Shown here piece after piece: positions 27,088 to 32,567 of a stretch of DNA of 32,567 nucleotides. How positions within the stretch are numbered: the stretch's first letter is position 1; every line of letters starts with the position of its first letter. Position numbers and translations under genes: made by a program. A model generated the notes under the pieces. It was not told the origin of the DNA, made no database searches, and saw only the letters and a list, made by a program, of their open reading frames with translations. The stretch spans positions 1 to 32,567 of the forward strand of contig CAYHMS010000005.1 in NCBI GenBank assembly GCA_964357805.1, read 5' to 3'. The stretch comes from an uncultured Candidatus Saccharibacteria bacterium. Its GTDB lineage: Bacteria; Patescibacteriota; Minisyncoccia; Phycocordibacterales; Phycocordibacteraceae.

Positions 27088-27325
27088 GTGCCACGCTACG
27101 GAGAACGGGACCAGTGAACGGAAATCCTGGAACAGGATGATGCGAATGTACTTTGAGTAGAAGCCACTCTTCAATCACTTCGCTAAGCTCTTGACGACAT
27201 TTCTCACGAGTCTTGCCTTGCGCCCAGACACCACGGAGCCGTGGGACTTCTGCATAATACATACCATCCCCAAGGACTTTATATTTTGCACGTTTAAGAC
27301 TTTGTTCGACAAATTTGCTAATCAT
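27080..27325 (-). CDS. hicB: HicB family antitoxin
   Basis: Start ATG 27325; DGMYYAEVPRLRGVWAQGKTREKCRQELSEVIEEW. Confidence 0.9.
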   Translation of the reverse strand: MISKFVEQSLKRAKYKVLGDGMYYAEVPRLRGVWAQGKTREKCRQELSEVIEEWLLLKVHSHHPVPGFPFTGPVLRSVAHA

Positions 27326-27361
27326 ATGCCCGTCATTATAGCACAAAACTAAAATCTGTAG

Positions 27362-28921
27362 TCACTCAAACCCGAAGAGGCCGCGAGGACGGTACTGGAG
27401 CGCTTCGAGGACGAAAGCGGGCGTGACCGAGTCGGCGCCGGCGAGGTCGGCGATGGTGCGCGCGACGCGCATGGTGCGGTGATAGCTACGCGGCGAGAGA
27501 TTAAGACGCGCGGCAGCGCTCGTGAGTGTCTCTTTCGCCTGCGCACTAAAGCCGCTTTTCTCGTCGAGCTGTCGGCTCGTGAGCGCGGCATTCGTTGCAC
27601 CTCGCTTGCCGGTACGTTTCTCTACTTGCTTGCGTGCGGCAACAACGCGCTCGCGGACGAGAGCTGAAGGTTCTCCCGTTGAAAGCTTCGCAAGGGTGTC
27701 GTGCGGAACGAGCGGCACTTCTATCCAGAGGTCGAGACGGTCCACGATAGGCCGCGAGATGCGGCGTGCTTGCTTCAGCGCGGCGCGCACCGCGACGCGC
27801 GGGTCGTTTGAAAGCGTGTCTGCCGGATTCATGGCGGCGACTATCATGCAGTCGGCCGGGAACGTGATGGTCGCTCGTGCCCGCGAGACAGTAACGATAT
27901 GGTCTTCAAGCGGTTGCCGCAATGCCTCAAGCGCTCGCGACTCAAACTCGGGAAATTCATCCAAGAAAAGAACTCCCTTGTGGGCGAGTGTCACTTCGCC
28001 CGCTCTCGGGAACGCGCCGCCACCCACCATCGCGACGTGAGAGAGCGAGTGGTGCGGCGCGCGAAAGGGCGGCCAGTGCACTGCTTCACCACCAGTGAGA
28101 AGCCCGGCGGTTGAATGTATCGCCGTTACCTCCAGCATATCGTCATCGGTCAAAGGCGGAAGGATGCCAGCGAGCGCGCGGGCAAGCATCGTCTTGCCAG
28201 TGCCCGGCGGACCGTAAAAGACGATATTGTGGCGACCCGCAGCGGCGATCTCCAAGGCGCGTTTCGCGCTCTCCTGCCCTTTTATATCCGCGAGGTCGAG
28301 GGCGGGCGGGGGCGCGAGTATCCTTCGGTCGCGCACAAGGCGCGCGAGCGGCTTCTCCCCTTTCAGATGTTGCAGAAGTTCCGCGAGCGAGTTCGGCGCA
28401 TAGACGGCGATGCCTTCGGCCAGCAGGGCCTCGCGAGCATTCCCGGGCGAGACGAAAACCGTTTTGATGCCGTGTCTCTTGGCGACGAGCACCTGCGGAA
28501 GTACACCACGCACTGCGCGGAGAGTGCCGTCGAGCGCGAGTTCGCCGATGAAGAGTATTTTTTCGGTGAGGGATGCCACATCGTCAGCGGCGATGAGATA
28601 CGCGAGCGCGAGCGCGAGGTCGTAGTGCGAGCCTTCTTTCTTTAAATCCGCGGGGGAGAGCGAGAGGACGATGCGTTTGTTCTGTTGCTTGGGCGACTTG
28701 TAGCCGGAGTGGCGTATTGCGGCGCTGATTCGGTCGCGCGCCTCTTCAACCGCTTTATCGGCTAAGCCGACAACCGAGAAGTTATGCAATCCGCGCGTGA
28801 GGTCGGCTTCAACACTGACCAACTCCGCGCCGGAGCCGACCGGCTGTGCGGCGAGCGTCTTGGCGTAGCCGCTTTTCGGCACGACACGTTTAGAAAGAGG
28901 TGCGGTTTTCGCCGCGGGCAT
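27362..28921 (-). CDS. comM: ComM/YifB Mg-chelatase-family AAA+ ATPase
   Basis: [62 protein letters not shown]; start 28921 or 28954. Confidence 0.95.
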   Translation of the reverse strand: MPAAKTAPLSKRVVPKSGYAKTLAAQPVGSGAELVSVEADLTRGLHNFSVVGLADKAVEEARDRISAAIRHSGYKSPKQQNKRIVLSLSPADLKKEGSHYDLALALAYLIAADDVASLTEKILFIGELALDGTLRAVRGVLPQVLVAKRHGIKTVFVSPGNAREALLAEGIAVYAPNSLAELLQHLKGEKPLARLVRDRRILAPPPALDLADIKGQESAKRALEIAAAGRHNIVFYGPPGTGKTMLARALAGILPPLTDDDMLEVTAIHSTAGLLTGGEAVHWPPFRAPHHSLSHVAMVGGGAFPRAGEVTLAHKGVLFLDEFPEFESRALEALRQPLEDHIVTVSRARATITFPADCMIVAAMNPADTLSNDPRVAVRAALKQARRISRPIVDRLDLWIEVPLVPHDTLAKLSTGEPSALVRERVVAARKQVEKRTGKRGATNAALTSRQLDEKSGFSAQAKETLTSAAARLNLSPRSYHRTMRVARTIADLAGADSVTPAFVLEALQYRPRGLFGFE

Positions 28922-28950
28922 GGGTACTTGTGGTGAGCCTGTCGAATCTA

Positions 28951-29298
28951 TCACAAATGTTCGACACAGGTCGTAGCGGCAGGATTGGCCTCCAAACGAT
29001 CCGCTTCTATTTCTTTGCTACAGACCTCGCACTTTCCGAACGTTTTTTTCTCAATCCGTGAGAGCGCCGCAAGAATGGTGTCGTACCGCGCTTCGAGGTC
29101 TGCGAGAATGGCGATATTGCTATCGCGACTGACGACAATGTCGGCCTGGTCAACAATATCCGGCTCCGTACCGGTCTCCGACGGCACCGCTTCCCAGTCA
29201 CCGGGAACCGCGGGATTAGGGCGACCGACAGTCCTCATTTCTGATTCAAGTCTCGCCTTCTCCTCCTCGAGTTTCTTCCTAAAGTGTTTGAACTTCAT
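28951..29298 (-). CDS. DksA/TraR zinc-finger protein
   Basis: DIVDQA (DxxDxA), [30 protein letters not shown]. Confidence 0.88.
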   Translation of the reverse strand: MKFKHFRKKLEEEKARLESEMRTVGRPNPAVPGDWEAVPSETGTEPDIVDQADIVVSRDSNIAILADLEARYDTILAALSRIEKKTFGKCEVCSKEIEADRLEANPAATTCVEHL

Positions 29299-29319
29299 AG
29301 CGTGGATAATAGCAGACAT

Positions 29320-30207
29320 TCAGGGTTGTGTACGCGAAGTTGAGAGTCGCTGTACTATCTCGGCAAAGGCAGCGGGGTCGCGTGCGATGACGAGTGTCGC
29401 CTGATTCCAATAGCCATAGAGCAGAATGCTCTTACCTGTATCATCGCGATACACGCGCACATCATGATTGCTGACGACCTCGTCGCGAAATGCGGCAACG
29501 GTCGTTGAAGCGTTTAAGGGGAAGAGCACAGCGAGGTCGCGCGGCATCGAGCGTTCCCAAGAGAGCATTCCAGCAAAAGTATCGCTATAAGAAGCGACCG
29601 AAAGTATGAAGAACGGACTTTGAGTCCCGCCGACATGTACCACGCCCGCCATACTGCTCTCCGTGCGTATATTGCGCAGCACTACGTCGGGTGCCGAAGT
29701 GTGCAGTGCGGCGAACACGCTCCTCTCGGGGGTTGTACTCGCAAGATACAGAAGCCGGACCGAACCGGAAGCAAGCAGGCGAGCGGTCGATTGTTCAATC
29801 GCTTGAGAAAGAGCCTGTCCTGTTCCAGAAATTTGTTCGCGGTCATCGACAAATATCGGCGCTAATGCACTTGGCGCAGGCTCGACGGGTGCGACTGCGG
29901 CTCGATAGCGCGTGTACGCGATATACGCGCCTGTGATGCTAGCGATAAGAAGCATTGAGCCCGCGATAGTGTAGAGAATCCCACTGCGTGAAAATTTCGG
30001 CTTTTCTTTTTCCACAACCAAGGGCCCTGAATCTTGCTCGGCTGCGAGCACCGTCGCGAATGATGCATTTTCTTCTTTTATTCGGTCGGAGAAATCACCC
30101 GCATAGGTCTTAAGCGGCGCGAGGTCAGGTTTCCCTCCCTCATGAAGAATCTCAATATCCCCCGCAAAGGTGCGGATATATTTCTTCGGTTCCTCTGTAT
30201 CCATCAC
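29320..30207 (-). CDS. membrane-anchored hypothetical protein
   Basis: IRTFAGD/LKTYAGD repeat, one TM helix, FAGMLSWE motif. Confidence 0.75.
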   Translation of the reverse strand: MMDTEEPKKYIRTFAGDIEILHEGGKPDLAPLKTYAGDFSDRIKEENASFATVLAAEQDSGPLVVEKEKPKFSRSGILYTIAGSMLLIASITGAYIAYTRYRAAVAPVEPAPSALAPIFVDDREQISGTGQALSQAIEQSTARLLASGSVRLLYLASTTPERSVFAALHTSAPDVVLRNIRTESSMAGVVHVGGTQSPFFILSVASYSDTFAGMLSWERSMPRDLAVLFPLNASTTVAAFRDEVVSNHDVRVYRDDTGKSILLYGYWNQATLVIARDPAAFAEIVQRLSTSRTQP

Positions 30208-30225
30208 TCCCCAGTGTACCGTACT

Positions 30226-30738
30226 TTAACTGCGCGAGGTGATGGTGAACTTGTGCGGGTCGTCGCACATGTCGGTGAAGGCGTGCGCCGCTTCCTTCAA
30301 CTTTGCCGAAGAGGACTTGCCGAAGGAGATAACCTCTACCTGGATGCCGTGCATATCAAGATACTCGATGAGCGGAATGAAGTCGCCATCGCCCGAAGCG
30401 ATGATGACCGTGTCGAGCTTCGGCGACATCTTGACCGCGTCAATCGCGATCCCGACGTCCCAGTCGGCTTTCTTCGCGCCGTCGGCGAATACCTGTAAGT
30501 CCTTCACCTTGGTCTCGATGCCTATCTTGGTAAGCGCTCCGAAGAAGTTCGTTTCCTCGCCACTCTCGGTGGAGATGACATAAGCGACCGCGCGGACGAG
30601 AATGCGCCCGCCCACGGCCTCTTCAAGCACCTTCGCGAAGTTCACGCGCGCTTTGTAGAGATGCTTGGCGCTGTGATAGAGATTTTGCGTGTCAATGAAT
30701 ACGCCCACACGCTGGGCTGGATGTTTGATAACTGCCAT
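30226..30738 (-). CDS. NYN (LabA/DUF88) domain protein
   Basis: VFIDTQNLY, KADWDVGIAID, SGDGDFIPL. Confidence 0.92.
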   Translation of the reverse strand: MAVIKHPAQRVGVFIDTQNLYHSAKHLYKARVNFAKVLEEAVGGRILVRAVAYVISTESGEETNFFGALTKIGIETKVKDLQVFADGAKKADWDVGIAIDAVKMSPKLDTVIIASGDGDFIPLIEYLDMHGIQVEVISFGKSSSAKLKEAAHAFTDMCDDPHKFTITSRS

Positions 30739-30743
30739 ACATA

Positions 30744-30885
30744 GTTAGCAGGAGGCAGAAAGCAGTTAGCAGTATTATGCAAATACTTTCTTCTCCCAAC
30801 TTGTTAAATTTATTAAAATTCTACGGCAAAGCCGTATCTGCAGTATAGCATTCCTGCCTACTGCTTCTGCTCACTGCTTACTACT
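30744..30885. repeat. inverted pair of GCAGNNN arrays with ~75-bp spacer
   Basis: gttagcaggaggcagaaagcagttagcagta ... ttcctgcctactgcttctgctcactgcttactact. Confidence 0.8.
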
Positions 30886-30889
30886 TTTA

Positions 30890-31156
30890 CTACTTCTTCA
30901 GTCCGAGTTTCTTAATAAGCGCGTTATAGCGACGCTTGTCGTTCGTCTCGAGATAACGGAGATGTGAGCGACGGTCGGCAACCATCTGGAGAAGTCCCCG
31001 GCGGGAATGGAAATCCTTTGGGTTCTTCTTGAGGTGCTTCGCGAGCTCGTCTATCTGCTTTGAGAGAAGCGCGACCTGCACATCTGGCGAGCCGGTGTCC
31101 GTGCCGTGCCGGGCGGTGCTTTTCATCACCGCCATCTTTTTCTTAGTGGTAAGCAT
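30890..31156 (-). CDS. rpsO: 30S ribosomal protein S15
   Basis: DTGSPDVQVALL..HLKKNPKDFHSRRGLLQMV..RR..L.YL. Confidence 0.98.
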   Translation of the reverse strand: MLTTKKKMAVMKSTARHGTDTGSPDVQVALLSKQIDELAKHLKKNPKDFHSRRGLLQMVADRRSHLRYLETNDKRRYNALIKKLGLKK

Positions 31157-31223
31157 GAGTCCCTCTACCCTACCACGCCTTCATGAAAAATGCAAGCCCC
31201 GCGCTTTCGCGCGGGACCGGTGA

Positions 31224-31850
31224 CTAGCTGAGTGAAAAAACACGGGAGCCCGAGCTTACGCGGATGCTCTCGTCATTCGTATCGTCGATAGACCACTGCG
31301 GTCCGGAGTAGTAAGCGTAGACACGACGCTCGTCGATGTAGAAGATGTTCATAGAGCCGTCGGCGAGCAGTGGACCACTTTCGCCATTTCTCTGAGCATC
31401 TGTGAGCGCCGCGATTTGCCATGTCTCGATGTTGTGTTTTTCTGGGAGCTCGCCCTTGATCTGCCGATCAGAAGCGTCCCTCGCGAGATCAAAGTAACGA
31501 AGCTTTACGGCGTCAGCACTTTCAACTACCGGCATTTCGTTATAGTAGAACCCACTACCTAGTCCTTCTCTGACGCAACTGCTTTTCTCGTCACAGAAGA
31601 ACTCATTCGGATCGAACCGCTTCGTGAGCGGACCGACTGAAATTTCTCCTCGGAAAAGCAAACAAGGCTTCTTCAAGACTGCCTTGCAGTCTGCTTTCAG
31701 GAATTCGACGAAGCGTGTCCGAGCCGAACGGTCGTTTATGGGGAGAAGGATCTGCCTTAAAGAAACTCCTTCTTTCCCCAACACGCGAATTAACTTCGCG
31801 GCTGTGTCGAGAGAATCGCTCATTACTTCGAGGGATGCGATGTTGGACAT
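31224..31850 (-). CDS. hypothetical protein
   Basis: 208-aa ORF with GGAGG upstream; Q.NGE.GPLL.DG..NIFY..GSRVFS. Confidence 0.7.
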   Translation of the reverse strand: MSNIASLEVMSDSLDTAAKLIRVLGKEGVSLRQILLPINDRSARTRFVEFLKADCKAVLKKPCLLFRGEISVGPLTKRFDPNEFFCDEKSSCVREGLGSGFYYNEMPVVESADAVKLRYFDLARDASDRQIKGELPEKHNIETWQIAALTDAQRNGESGPLLADGSMNIFYIDERRVYAYYSGPQWSIDDTNDESIRVSSGSRVFSLS

Positions 31851-31980
31851 CGGGTGCCTCCAAAAGAACTCAGCTATCCTGAAAGCGGGAAATCCGCGTT
31901 CATTAGCCGAAATGAATTGTACTAAAGATTACGGAAATTGCAAATCAATAATGTGCGCACTTCCCTGCTATACTTTCAGT

Positions 31981-32567
31981 ATGAAAGCCGAGGATGCGAA
32001 ACGACAATTTTTGGAGTACATCGAGATAGAGCGCGGGCGCGCGGTGAAGACCATTGAGAATTATGACCGGTATCTCTCGCGCTACTTCGCGCAAATGAAG
32101 ATAAAGAGCGTGAATGATATTAGCGAGCAGAATGTCCGCGACTTCCGCCTCTGGCTCAACCGCCAGAGGGGCACAGGAAGCGATTCGATGAAACGCCGGA
32201 CGCAGAATTATTATATGATTGCGCTCCGCGCGTTCCTGAAGTTTCTGCGCAAGCGCGATATTGACGCTATCTCGCCCGAGAAAATAGAGCTTGCGAAGCT
32301 TCCCGAGCGCCAGTTGGACCTTATCACCTCTGTAGAATTGGAACGACTCATGCAAGCACCACGCGATGCATTTGAAAAAGAAAAAGACCCCGACAAAGCG
32401 CGGTCGTATCTGCGGGACCGCGCCATTCTTGAATTATTGTTCTCCACGGGCTTGCGCGTCTCCGAACTCTGCGCGCTCAATGCCGATATTGACCTCTCGC
32501 GCGACGAGCTCTCGGTGCGCGGCAAGGGCGAGAAGGTCCGCGTCGTCTTCCTCTCCCCCACTGCCAA
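31981..32567 (+). CDS. XerC/XerD-like tyrosine recombinase (partial, runs off window)
   Basis: Absent from the ORF track; own translation MKAEDAKRQFLEYIEIERGRAVKTIENY..ALRAFLKFL..RDRAILELLFSTGLRVSEL..VRGKGEKVRVV. Confidence 0.93.
   Translation, partial: MKAEDAKRQFLEYIEIERGRAVKTIENYDRYLSRYFAQMKIKSVNDISEQNVRDFRLWLNRQRGTGSDSMKRRTQNYYMIALRAFLKFLRKRDIDAISPEKIELAKLPERQLDLITSVELERLMQAPRDAFEKEKDPDKARSYLRDRAILELLFSTGLRVSELCALNADIDLSRDELSVRGKGEKVRVVFLSPTA

Noticed and set aside
29488-29516. Possible further ACGGTCGT-core element (also ACGGTCGT hits in tuf)
   Set aside because: Arms are weak or absent, and the core is explained by ordinary Thr-Thr-Val type codons.
31945-32567. Minus-strand ORFs 31945-32355 and 32211-32567
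   Set aside because: Antisense to the clear + strand tyrosine recombinase.
31981-32567. Recombinase as integrase of a prophage or integron
   Set aside because: Looks like a housekeeping Xer-type enzyme; no phage genes, att site or attC array visible.

Overview
Window from a Candidate Phyla Radiation (Parcubacteria-like) chromosome using genetic code 11. The taxonomy is inferred from gene content and typical CPR hypothetical proteins. The first 14.3 kb is the minus-strand str/S10/spc translation cluster (rpsL-rpsG-fusA, tuf-rpsJ, rplC through rpsH), broken up by small accessory cassettes: a PaaX/Cas2-like gene, a HicAB-like pair, and a likely ncRNA. After it come a four-helix-bundle gene, a VirB6/VirB5-like envelope cluster, rsmA, pcrA/uvrD, a LysM-M23 peptidase, a second HicAB pair, comM, a DksA/TraR gene, a NYN gene, rpsO and a partial Xer-type recombinase. 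Three non-gene patterns stand out. (1) Short palindromes and heptamer repeats sit in-frame inside essential proteins (uL22, uL23, uL3, PcrA x4, RsmA). (2) Two of these repeat families also bracket a small 'cognate' gene as inverted repeats (PaaX-like gene; four-helix-bundle gene). (3) Three accessory cassettes are each flanked by a duplicate of the host promoter or host gene end.
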